From assembly GCF_006345805.1 (NCBI RefSeq), contig NW_021836017.1, positions 1 to 25,678 on the forward strand: DNA of 25,678 bases, read 5' to 3'. Numbering within the stretch: the first letter of the stretch is position 1; every line of letters starts with the position of its first letter. Made by a program: the position numbers and the translations under genes. The DNA comes from Octopus sinensis. Taxonomy: Eukaryota. Shown here piece by piece: positions 8,772-19,067 of this stretch. Under the pieces are notes generated by a model. The model was given only the letters and a program-made list of their open reading frames with translations. It searched no databases and was not told where the DNA came from.

Positions 8772-9690
8772 CAATAATTATAGTAATGAAATTATTGTAT
8801 ACAGTGCTCAGGTGCACCACAACTTGTGCATATAAAGCATATGCAGTAACGTACAAATGTCTGGAAAGCGAACAATGTATGAGTCAGATACATGCTTGTG
8901 TGTGTATGGAGGGGAGAAAATCAGGTGTAGTGTTCGCTTCGCGAATCTCAGGAAGCATGGAAGTTTTGAAGGATGCAGTGCTCCGACAACTAACAACTGA
9001 TGCTGGCAGTTTGTTCCATGCTTCAGCAACTCTTAGCGTGAAAAAATGTTTCCGAAAGTCATGGGAGCTGTGCTGTTTTCTGACTTTGTAAACATGTCCA
9101 CGGGTGTTAGACAGGTGGAGTTTGAAAAGGTGCTCAGAGTTATTGTTAGTAAGATGGTTAATAATTTTATGGGTGTCTGCCAAGTCAGCTGCAGATGTCG
9201 GAGTTTCAATGTATCCATGCCCAGGGAAGTAAGGCGTTCAGAATATGGCAAATGCCAAATGGAGGGTATTCTCTTGGTTGTCAGATACATGCTTGTGTGT
9301 GTATGGAGGGGAGAAAATCAGGTGTAGTGTTGGCGAATCTCAGGAAGCATGGAAGTTTTGAAGGATGCAGTGCTCCAACAACTAACAACTGATGCCGGCA
9401 GTTTGTTCCATGCTTCAGCGTGTGTATGGAGGGGAGAAGATCAGGTGTAGTGTGGTGAATCTCAGGAAGCATGGAAGTTTTGAAGGATGCAGTGCTCCGA
9501 CAACTAACACTGATGCCGGCAGTCTGTTCCATGCTTCAGCGTGTGTATGGAGGGGAGAAAATCAGGTGTAGTGTTGGCGAATCTCAGGAAGCATGGAAGT
9601 TTTGAAGGATGCAGTGCTCCGACAACTAACAACTGATGCCGGCAGTTTGTTCCATGCTTCAGCAACTCTCAGCGGGAAAAAATGTTTTTA
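8772..9690 (-). mobile_element. CR1-type LINE 3' remnant with triplicated 3' segment
   Basis: Minus-strand peptides TKRIPSIWHLPYSERLTSLGMDTLKLR and RGHVYKVRKQHSSHDFRKHFFTLRVAEAWNKLPASVVSCRSTASFK match the CR1 ORF2 C-terminal pattern RGH..K....R..FF..RV...WN.LP. Units of about 122 bp start at 9297, 9420 and 9541. Confidence 0.85.
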
Positions 9691-9818
9691 GTCAACTAAA
9701 ACCCTTCAAGGGTGTGCCCAAGTATGGCCACAGTCAAATGACTGAAACAAGCTGAAGATACATAAACATACATATATGTGTGTGTGAGATATCCACACAC
9801 ACACACACATATATTATA

Positions 9819-10196
9819 CTAGCAGTGTCGCCCGGCGTTGCTCAGGTTTGTAAGGGAAATAACTATAAAGCATTTTTAGAGAGTTATAGCCAAAAAATAG
9901 CAAAAAAATGGAAAAAAAATTATGGTAAATTTTTTTTTTGAGAGTTAAAAAAGGTGGAGTTGCGTCCCCTGTGGTTTGTGTTTCTGATTCTCGACCCCAT
10001 GTCGAATTTATCGATTTTTTTCAGAACTGGGGGAACTTTTCAAAATTTTCGCTGCGTTAGTTTTGAATTATGACATTGGGCTATGTGTGTGTCAAGTTTC
10101 ATCAGAATCGGTTGAAAGCCGTGGTCAGGGTGAGGGTACAACCTGACAGACACACAGACACACACACAGACAAACTGCCGTTTATATAGAGAGAGA
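9819..10196 (-). mobile_element. Non-autonomous Helitron
   Basis: Minus strand: A|TCTCTCTCTATATAAA ... CCTGAGCAACGCCGGGCGACACTGCTAG|T, i.e. 5' TC, subterminal GC-rich hairpin, 3' CTAG, inserted at A|T with no TSD. Confidence 0.8.
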
Positions 10197-10224
10197 TATA
10201 TAGCACACATAAAGGGGAAAGGCC

Positions 10225-10548
10225 CCCTTTGACTATGAATGATTGTGGGATTGCACCTAGACAGTTCCCCTCTGAGGCACAAAATCAGAGCAAGGATATT
10301 TTATGGAAGACCAGCAATCACCCATGCATACCAACCTCCCCGCTCCACTGATTTTATCCAAGGGAAAGGCAAAGGGGCTGATACAGCTTGGCACCAGTGA
10401 TGTCGCAACTCATTTTTACAGCTCAGTGAACTGGAGCAACGTGAAATAAAGTGTCTTGCTCAAGAACACAACACACAGCCTAGTCTGGGAATTGAACTCA
10501 CAACCTCATGATTGTGAGCCTGATGCCCTAACCAGAGCCATGTGCCCA
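10225..10548 (-). mobile_element. SINE, head B + tail D
   Basis: The head matches 16381-16510 (reverse complement); the tail matches 24735-24900 and 7225-7335. Confidence 0.7.
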
Positions 10549-10554
10549 TACCAT

Positions 10555-10596
<42 letters not shown>

Positions 10597-10989
10597 AAGT
10601 TTTCATCTCCTACATTTCAAGCAGAGATCAAGTGGCCACTTAAAGACACTCGCTAGCTTGTAGCAGTAGGTATTTTATAGCCCATGGTCAGACAGATCTA
10701 TGATCCAATACATTCCAGGTGGGGCCGTGACATCTTTCTTCCCATATACAAAGAATATCAGAATGAATCATTATCCAAATACATCATTCTTGAAGAAATG
10801 GTAAAGTGTAATTTGATGGAGATTTGACAGCTTTTTCTAGAAAGGGAAAATGACCTCGTGGGTTTTGGGCTTAGTTTGAGGATGTGTCTCCCACTATTGC
10901 CCCAGACTGACCAATACTTTCTGAGTGAATTTAGTAACATTAAGTGTGTGGAGGCTTATCATATATATACATATATATATATATATATA

Positions 10990-11192
10990 GTTAATCCAAA
11001 ACACAAAGAGAAAACACAACAACACGAGGACGTGGGACATGTATAGTGTTATTGGATGCTCAGGAAGGAAGGAAAGAAGGAGGGTCTTACGTTTCGAGCG
11101 GAGGTCTTCATCAGAAACATAGGAAAAGGAAAGATCCAGAGAAGGGAAGACGGAGGGAAAAAATCACCAACGGTACACACGCGGTCACACAC

Positions 11193-11195
<3 letters not shown>
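10990..11195 (-). mobile_element. Penelope-like terminal-repeat remnant (P2)
   Basis: Contains the canonical hammerhead motif and is flanked by (TA)n. Confidence 0.55.
11084..11118 (-). ncRNA. Minimal type-I hammerhead ribozyme motif, family P2 (canonical core)
   Basis: Minus strand reads gttt-CTGATGA-a-gacc tcc gctc-GAAA-CG-TA-agac: canonical CUGAUGA/GAAA core, palindromic ACGU stem III, GUA triplet, 4-bp stem I with one G-U pair, one mismatch in stem II. Confidence 0.65.
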
Positions 11196-11225
<30 letters not shown>

Positions 11226-11226
<1 letters not shown>

Positions 11227-11372
11227 GAGTTCTTTTACAGGGCTTAGAAAAACTGAAGGACCACTGCAATATGTGTGTGAATCTGAGAGAGGAATATGTT
11301 GAATAAAATCATAATTACCTGATCCTTCTGTTTTCTTTTACCCAAAGCTAGAAACTTTTTAGCAACTCCTCA
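11226..11372 (+). mobile_element. Mariner-derived MITE, partial
   Basis: Encodes LQGLEKLKDHCNMCVNLREEYVE*, resembling the mariner transposase C-terminus; duplicate of 11605-11750. Confidence 0.7.
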
Positions 11373-11535
11373 TGTGTATGTGTATGTGTATACATACATA
11401 CATACATACATACATACAAATACATACATACATACACACACACACACACTCACTCACACACTCACACACACACACACATACATACATACATACATACATA
11501 CATACATACATACATACATACATACATACATACAT

Positions 11536-11750
11536 TAAGGGTGCAAAAAGTTCCTGGTTTTAAGGGTATCGTGAAAGGCTTGGTTAGAGGCCAAACCTTC
11601 TGAGTTCTTTTACAGGGCTTAGAAAAAATGAAGGACCGTTGCAATAAGTGTGTGAATCTGAGAGGGGAATATGTTGAAGAAAACCATAATTAACTGATTC
11701 TCCTGTATTTTCTTTTAACCAAAGCCAGGAACTTTTCAGCACGTGCTCAG
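11536..11750 (+). mobile_element. Mariner-derived MITE with both TIRs
   Basis: Left gggtgcaaaaagttcctgg and right ccaggaacttttcagcac are inverted repeats; internal transposase C-terminal remnant. Confidence 0.75.
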
Positions 11751-12184
11751 ACAAAATTGCTGTTGTTATGATAATGATATCATCATCATCAGCATCGTGA
11801 TAATTATCACAATCCTTACCATTTAGTAATTAATAGTGATTGTCTTCTGTTTAGCGTAGCCTGATTGCTCTGGCCTTTGTCGAAGCGATTGTTCCAAGTC
11901 ATTACTCACCCATCGACCATTAGTGGTGCAACTTATTTGCATTCTTTCTTTCAGACAAATACTGGAAGAAAGAAAATAGCTTACTAACATGCATTCTTTC
12001 CACCGTTGGCCAATCCCAAAGTACTTAACAAACTGGTGGTGCCAGTTACCACATCAAATACTTCTATCATACTCATTGTTGTTGCTGTGGTTGCTGGTGG
12101 TGGTGGTGTTAAATTAGCCTTGACTCAACCCTGATTGAGCAGACCTATAGAACCAAAGCGGTTCTATAGCTCTGCCTAGTTAAG

Positions 12185-12330
12185 ACACGTGGCTTAGTGG
12201 TTAGGGTGCTGGATTCACAATCACAAGATTGCAGTTTCGATTCCTGGACCAGGTGATCTGTTGTGTTCTTGAGCAAAGCACTTCAATTTATGTTGCTCAG
12301 TTCACTTGGCTGTAGAAATGAGAGTAGCCT
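12185..12330 (+). mobile_element. SINE head B fragment
   Basis: gtggcttagtggttagg...gtttcgattcc...tgtgttcttgagcaa. Confidence 0.7.
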
Positions 12331-12597
12331 GGAGGTGGGATGGCTTCTGCCAGGCTTCCACACCTTATGTACATGTGTGTGTCCCCTCGAGAAGACGTCA
12401 TTTGATGATTTGTAAAGGATTATCATCACAGGGTTACCTGAAATGGTTTGCTCAAGAACAAATCATGCTGCCCATTTCATGAATTGAACCCACAGGTTCA
12501 AGATCACGAGTGTAGCACCCTCACCACTAGGTTAAGTGCTTTATGTAGTGTACATACATATACATATATTTATATACATACATACATGTGTATATAC

Positions 12598-12627
<30 letters not shown>

Positions 12628-12631
<4 letters not shown>

Positions 12632-12800
12632 CCCGGTACTTATTCTATCAGTCTCTCTTGCCGAACTGCTAAATTAGGGAGATGTAAACACACCAACATT
12701 GGTTGTCAAGCAATGAGGGGTGGGACAAATGCAGACACATATACACCCCCACCACACACATACATACATATGACGAGCTTCTTTCAGTTTCTGTCTACTA
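12628..12800 (-). mobile_element. SINE family C/D middle fragment
   Basis: Matches about 4180-4350. Confidence 0.7.
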
Positions 12801-12814
12801 AATGTATGTGTGTG

Positions 12815-12850
<36 letters not shown>

Positions 12851-12856
12851 CATTAG

Positions 12857-13160
12857 TGGAGGCACAATGGCCCAGTGGTTAGGGCAGTGGACTCGTGGTC
12901 GGAGGATCGTAGTTTCAATTTCCAGACCGGTTGTTGTGTGTGTTTATTGAGCGAAAACACCTAAAGCTCCATGAAGCTCCAGCAGGGGGTGGTGGCGACC
13001 CCTGTTGTACTCTTTCGCCACAACTTTCTCTCACTCTCTCTTCCTGTTTCTTGAGTAACGCTGCGATGGACTGGCGTCCCATCCAGCTGGGGGGAACACA
13101 TACGCCACAGAAACCGGGAAACCGGGCCCATAAGCCTAGCTAGGCTTGAAAAGGGCGACG
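12857..13160 (+). mobile_element. SINE, head A + tail B
   Basis: Head as 342-530; switches at about 13050 to gagtaacgctgcgatggactgg, as in 3557-3660. Confidence 0.8.
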
Positions 13161-13287
13161 TTTATCATTATATATATAATCATTAAACTAATACAACATC
13201 TGCTAAGACTTTTCCCCTTCCGCTGTTGTCTGTTTTTCGTACTCATTTCCTTCTTAACAAATGCTTACAAGAAATGTCCTTCCTTAC

Positions 13288-13482
13288 CTGTGTTTATGCT
13301 GAGGATTGTAGGGGTACCGAGTCCACTGGTGCCAGTCGAAGCAGCGATCGATACATTGTAGACTGAGTGTGGGGACAGGCTAGAAATAACAGCTGATAAA
13401 TTGGATGTCATAAAATTTCCAGATCCTGATGTTGATGTTGATGCTGCGGTTGTGTTAGGAGATGACAGGGACTTTACGGAAT
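13288..13482 (-). CDS. Internal exon encoding the C-terminal half of an FN3 domain of a membrane protein
   Basis: Minus strand: acceptor ttttttgtttttccag|AT, donor ACAG|GTAAGG, 195 nt, phase 1-1, open. Translation (D)SVKSLSSPNTTAASTSTSGSGNFMTSNLSAVISSLSPHSVYNVSIAASTGTSGLGTPTILSINT(G) contains the FN3 strand E-G pattern L.P...Y.V.I.A.T..G.G.P. Confidence 0.8.
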
Positions 13483-13545
13483 CTGGAAAAACAAAAAAAG
13501 AAATAAAAACCATGAAAATATCATTATCATCATCGTCATCATTAC

Positions 13546-13589
<44 letters not shown>

Positions 13590-13965
13590 CCAGCTTCATT
13601 ATCGTTGTCATCATTACCTATTTCTTTATTACCCACAAGGAGCTAAACATAGAGGGGACAAACAAGGACATCGACCCCAGTGCGTAACTGGTACTTATTT
13701 AATCGACCCCGAAAGGATGAAGGGCAAAGTCATCATTACCATCACCTCCACCATCACCACCACTACCAGCACCATCTTCAACCCCAGCACCACCACCACC
13801 ACTCTCACCATCATCATAATCATCCAATGCTCATGTTCCTTGCTGGCATGGGTTGGACAGTTTGACAGGATTTGAAGGGTCTGATGTTTATATCATACTC
13901 CCATGTCTTATTTGGCTTGGTTTCTACTGTCAGATGCCCTTCCTAGCGCCAACCCCTTACAGCAT

Positions 13966-14500
13966 GTCATCATCATCATCCATCATTTTAAATCCGGGTT
14001 TTGTCCCTGTTAACGGGGGTGGCCAGTTCTACATCAATGCCATAGCAACTGCCCTCACACCATCTCACCATCTTACCTGGTTTTGGGTGTCCTCCCTTTT
14101 CAAACCAACCCTCCCAACCTCCTGATCCACCAGTCCCTTCCACATCTTCCTTGATCTACCTCGCTTTCGCTGTCCATTTACCCCAAACTCTAGCATCCTC
14201 TTCAGAACATGTTCCTCATCCCTTCTTAACACATGTCTGTACCACAACACTCCATTCACCCTTGCCAGCTGCTCCACCGATTCCTCGAACCCCAGCATCC
14301 CCATCAAGTCCTCAGTCCTCCTCTTATCAAACAACCTAATGCCACACATTTCTCTCACTATTGCTCTCTCAGTCCTTCTCAAAATTTCCATCTCTCTCTC
14401 CCTCAAACACCATGTCTCACTCCCATACAGCATTGCAGCTCTCACACAACTCCTTTAGACCTTTCCTTTCATCTTCAATGAGAACCTTTTCCCATATGCA
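13966..14500 (-). mobile_element. RTE-clade LINE remnant (ORF2 C-terminus + 3' end)
   Basis: ORF 14065-14445: AAMLYGSETW...LWYRHVLRRDEEHVLKRMLEF...GQRKRGRSRKMW, matching the RTE LYG.ETW and W.GHV.R / GRP...W motifs; (GAT)n tail at about 13970. Confidence 0.9.
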
Positions 14501-14562
14501 TTGGGTGCTTTTTTTTCTTTCTATGGCACCAACATTAGTGGGGTCACGATTCTGCTTGCTAC

Positions 14563-14764
14563 ACACAGAAGAGACAAACAAGGACAGACAAACAGATTAA
14601 GTCGATTACATCAACCCCAGTGCATAACTGGTGCTTAATTTATCGACCCTGAAAGGATAAAAGGCAAAGTTGACCTCGGCGGAATTTGAACTCAGAATGT
14701 AATGGCAGACGAAATACCGTTAAGCATTTTGCCCGGCATGCTAACATTTCTGCCAGCTCGCCAC
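14563..14764 (-). mobile_element. SINE family E, single unit with head
   Basis: Reverse complement of 19068-19270. Confidence 0.8.
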
Positions 14765-15290
14765 CTTAATTCTGTTTCTGTCTACCAAGTCCTATCACAA
14801 AGATTTGTTTGGCTTGGGAATGGGGCTACGGTAGAAAATACTTCTCCAAGCGGCCATGCAATGGGACTGAACCAGGAACCATGTGGTTAGGAACCAACCA
14901 TTTTAACCACACAACCATGCCTCTGCCTAACTATGCTTGTACCTTCTAGATATCAATAATAAAAATACACAATCCGAAACTTCTTAATCAATAGTCTGAT
15001 ATTGATCTCCTTGATTGTGTAAGGGTGACTGAAGATTTAATAAAAAGAAAAAAAAAGAAGAAAATATAACAACAACCTAATAAGAAATAAATAAATAAAA
15101 GTGATATCATAATCAAAGTTTTGTTGAGATAAATTCTCTGGAAATGCCAATCCGAATTATAATCTTCGAAATCTAAGGAAACATTTGAGGATTCTTTTTT
15201 CTTTGTTTTTTTTTGTGTGTGTGTTGTTGTTTTTGTTCTTTCCAAAGATTTTCTTTTTGATGTGGTTCCGAACAATATTTAAGGAACAAC

Positions 15291-15326
<36 letters not shown>

Positions 15327-15404
15327 TACATAGACAAATTGTTTACAGTAAAAAGATTTCACTTTCTGAAAAGAACTGATACTAATCAGTTTATTGATTT
15401 CAAC

Positions 15405-15407
15405 ACA

Positions 15408-15438
<31 letters not shown>

Positions 15439-15578
15439 TATTATTACTATTATTATTATTATTACTATTATTATTATTATTTTGAAAAGAAATAATTAAT
15501 ATTATTATTATTATTATTATTATTATTGTTGTTATTATTATTATTATTATTTTGAAAAGAAATCATTATTATTATTAC

Positions 15579-15609
<31 letters not shown>

Positions 15610-15686
15610 ATTATTATTATTATCATTATTATTATTATTTTGAAAAGAAATCATTATTATTATTACTATTATTATTATTATTAATA

Positions 15687-15727
<41 letters not shown>

Positions 15728-15880
15728 ATTGTTATTATCATTATTATTATCATTATAACTGTTGTTGTTGTTATTCTTATTGTCATAGTTGCTGTTGTTG
15801 TTATCTCCAGACTTGGTATTCCGCATCTCTGTTATTGTTGCTGGCGTTGTTGCTGTTGTTATTATTATTATTATTACAAT
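15405..15880. repeat. (ATT)n/(GTT)n compound microsatellite with higher-order units
   Basis: Directly visible; tttgaaaagaaat recurs at about 15481, 15551 and 15639. Confidence 0.9.
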
Positions 15881-16380
15881 CGTTGTTGTTATTTCAAAAA
15901 CTTGATATTTCTGCTTCTCTGATCAATCGATTTCCAACAATTAGTATGAGGATAAAACCTTGAAGACTCTCTCGCACCACCACCATCTCCCGTCAGCACA
16001 CTAACACCATTCACCATCACCATTATCATTATTATTATCATTATTATTATTATTATTATTATTCTATGTTAAAAATACATGTCTAATTGAGGTACATAAA
16101 CACCCCACCCATTTGAAATAAGATGTCGCCTCCTTAGACATACAAATTTACACACAATCAGATATGTAAACAGAATTGCTGGCTTGGCAGGGTGGTACAG
16201 AAGCTTGTTTTACAACCATGTAGTTTTAGGTTCGGTTCCTGTGTGTGGCATCTTATACTATTTCCCCTCGCTTTTTGCGAAAACCAGCTCTGACCCCTTC
16301 TGTTGTACTTCATTCCTACCCCCACAGTATCTCCCTGCATTAGTTTTGTAAATAGGATGGTAACCTTATTAGTACTTATG

Positions 16381-16703
16381 AAGGCGTGTGGCTTAGTGGT
16401 TAGAGTATTCAGCTCATGATTGTAAGGTCGTGAGTTCGATTCCTGGTGACGTGTTGTGTCCTTGAGCAAGACATTTTATTTCATGTTGCTCCAGTCCCCT
16501 CAGCTAACAAAAATGAGTAGTAGTACCTGTATTTCAAAGGGCCAGCCTTGTCACACAGTGTGCCATGCTGAATATCCCTGAGAACTATGTTAAGGGTACA
16601 CGTGTCTGTGGAGTGCTCAGCCACTTACACGTTAATTTCACAAGCAAGCTGTTCCGTTGATCGTATCAACTGGAACCCTTGTCGTCATAACCGATGGAGT
16701 GCT
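16381..16703 (+). mobile_element. SINE, head B + tail A
   Basis: Head ggcgtgtggcttagtgg...gagttcgattcc; the tail from tacctgtatttcaaaggg is near-identical to 538-718. Confidence 0.85.
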
Positions 16704-16721
16704 CCTATATATATATATTGA

Positions 16722-17089
16722 TGTGGAGGCGCAATGGCCCAGTGGTTAGGGCAGTGGACTCGCAGTCGTAGGATAGTGGTTTCAATTTCCAAACCGGGCA
16801 TTGTGAGTCTTTATTGAGTGAAAACAAGGCTCCGGCAGGGGATGGTGGAAATCCCTGCTGTACTCTTCCACCACAACTTTCTCCCACTCTTTCTTTCTGT
16901 TTCTGATGTACCTGTATTTCAAAGGGCCAGCCTTGTCACACTCTGTGTCACGCTGAATCTCCCTGAGAACTACGTTAAGGGTACACGTGTCTGTGGAGTA
17001 CTCAGTCACTTGCACATTAATTTCACGAGCAAGCTGTTCCGTTGATCGTATCAGCTGGGACCCTCGTCGTCGAAACCGACGGAGTGCTC
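16722..17089 (+). mobile_element. SINE, head A + tail A
   Basis: Near-identical to 342-718. Confidence 0.85.
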
Positions 17090-17514
17090 CTTTCATTAGT
17101 ACTGGTGGCACTAAAAAGCAGAAGGATCCAGTACATGCTGTCAGAGGGTTTGCATTAGGGACCATGCCAAGCAGACAGACATGCAGTCCTTGGACCCATC
17201 AAATCCAGTGAGACTGACTAACCCATACCAGTATAGAACATAGATATTGATGATGATGATGATGATGATGGTGTGTGTGTGTGTGTGTGTGTGTGTGCAT
17301 GCATGTCCATGTGTGTCCATGTCTATATCTGTTTGCTGCCAGTGCTTGACAATACTGGGGTTGCTTTATTTATGTCTCCATAACTTAACAGTTCACTCAG
17401 ATAGACTGATAGAAAAAACACCAGACTGAAAAATTTAGAACTGGCTTTGATTTCATTAACTAAATCCTTCAAGATGGTGCTGCTGTAGCATGGTCACAGC
17501 ACATGAGGCTGAAA

Positions 17515-17539
17515 CAAGATATATATATATATATATATA

Positions 17540-17570
<31 letters not shown>

Positions 17571-18100
17571 ACATATATATACATACACATGCATATATAT
17601 ATACATACGTATATATATATACATACATACATACACATACATATATATATATATATATACATATATACACACTAGCACTGACCCCTTCCCAGCACCCACA
17701 TCATCATCCACATACCCACACATTACAGATGCACACACCTACACATGCACACATTCACACGTCAAAGTCACCAGCCCCTTATCAACACACACACACACTT
17801 ACACACTCTCACCAACACACACACGCACATATACACACACACACGCACACAAGTACAAATATATATACATACAAATATATATATACATATATATGCACAT
17901 AAAAATATTTATACACAAATATATACACACATATGCACATACAAATATATATCTATGCATACACACACACACACACACAGATATATACACATACAAAAAG
18001 ATAAATATACATATACACACATGAAAATGTATATATACTCCCAGAACCATATACAAATATATATACACATACTCATTCACACATATACATATATACATCT
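17515..18100. repeat. Compound (TA)n/(CA)n microsatellite
   Basis: Directly visible. Confidence 0.9.
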
Positions 18101-18669
18101 GGGTGTATGTGTGCATGTGTCATTGTACCACTTGCTCCAGAGTTTATTAAATGCATTTCCCCTGGGGGTTGATAAAATATCATCTTAAAAGTTAATTCAA
18201 TCAACTACAATACAGCACAGTTGCTTTCACAGTCTGGCCTTGCACCAAGAGCCAAGCAGGAAACCATAATCAATAGAGCCGATGGTTAGTATTGTACACA
18301 ATATTAGGTTAGTGAAAGCAGCAGAGAATGTAAAGTGGTAGAAATAGATTGAAAGGCATGTTATAATGGTTAGTATTGTACGACGCCATCTAAGTGAAAA
18401 CATGAGTTTTGTTAGCTTCAACATGGATTTGTAAAAGTGAATGAATACCTGTTGGTTTTGATAATGAGGATTTAGTGTACTTGATCAATAATATTACCTG
18501 GTCATTGAATTGGTTGGCTCTTTCTGTCATCAGTTGATGGTACTGCAGAGATAATAACTTGACCACCTATGTTGTGACTGAGCTATTTCCAGAAGATGGA
18601 GCCAAACTCCCTCCTTTCTTGGATATGTGATGAAGGAAAGACAAGTCAATACATTCAAAGCATCCATGG

Positions 18670-19062
18670 AGCTGCAGGTTATGAAAGGGCCTCAGATGCT
18701 GAGCCTTGCTGAAGAAATTACAAGGGACTGAGAATTGTGGCAATTTGCTGTCCTTAAGAAGACATGTCAAGCCAAGTAAAATCCCTGTAATCCACACATA
18801 CAGGTTTGTCCTTCACAGGTGTCGGTGCCACATACAATGCACACCTATGTTAAGGCACCTGTGCCAGCGGCACATGAGGAGCACTCAGCATATTCTGTAA
18901 AGTGGTTGACATTAGTAAGGGCATCCAGCTGCGGAAACCATGCCACAACAGACAACTTGGCATTTGGACGGCTCCCTGGCTGGCCAACTCTTGTCAAACT
19001 GTCCAACCCATGCCAGCATGGAAAACGGACACTAAACGATGATGATGATGATGATGATGATC
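18670..19062 (+). mobile_element. Degenerate RTE LINE 3' end
   Basis: QMLSLAEEITRD*ELWQFAVLKKTCQAK* is homologous to the 2633-2716 peptide; ends ccaacccatgccagcatggaaaacggacactaaac(gat)n. Confidence 0.7.
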
Positions 19063-19067
19063 AGCCT

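Noticed and set aside
10758-10940. Minus-strand ORF with acceptor-like sites at about 10920 and 10836
   Set aside because: Phase-1 readings stop quickly, donors are weak and there is no motif.
14945-15028. Strong pyrimidine tract with cag| acceptor at 15028 and AAG|GTACAA donor
   Set aside because: All three frames hit stops before the donor; it cannot be placed in the gene model.
15635-15920. Asn/Thr-rich minus-strand ORF as a coding exon
   Set aside because: Mosaic of AAC/AAT repeats, no convincing donor, frame-dependent low complexity.
18227-18424. Hydrophobic, signal-peptide-like minus-strand ORF and a 16-bp direct repeat (18282 and 18366)
   Set aside because: No suitable start/donor combination; the repeat flanks only 68 nt with no element features.
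18449-18542. Candidate minus-strand exon YHQLMTERANQFNDQ(VILLIKYTKSSLSKPT) with ctctgcag| acceptor and GTAATA/GTATTC donors
   Set aside because: Splice sites are plausible and the longer form ends in phase 1, but the peptide has no recognisable FN3 or other motif; unsupported without RNA data.
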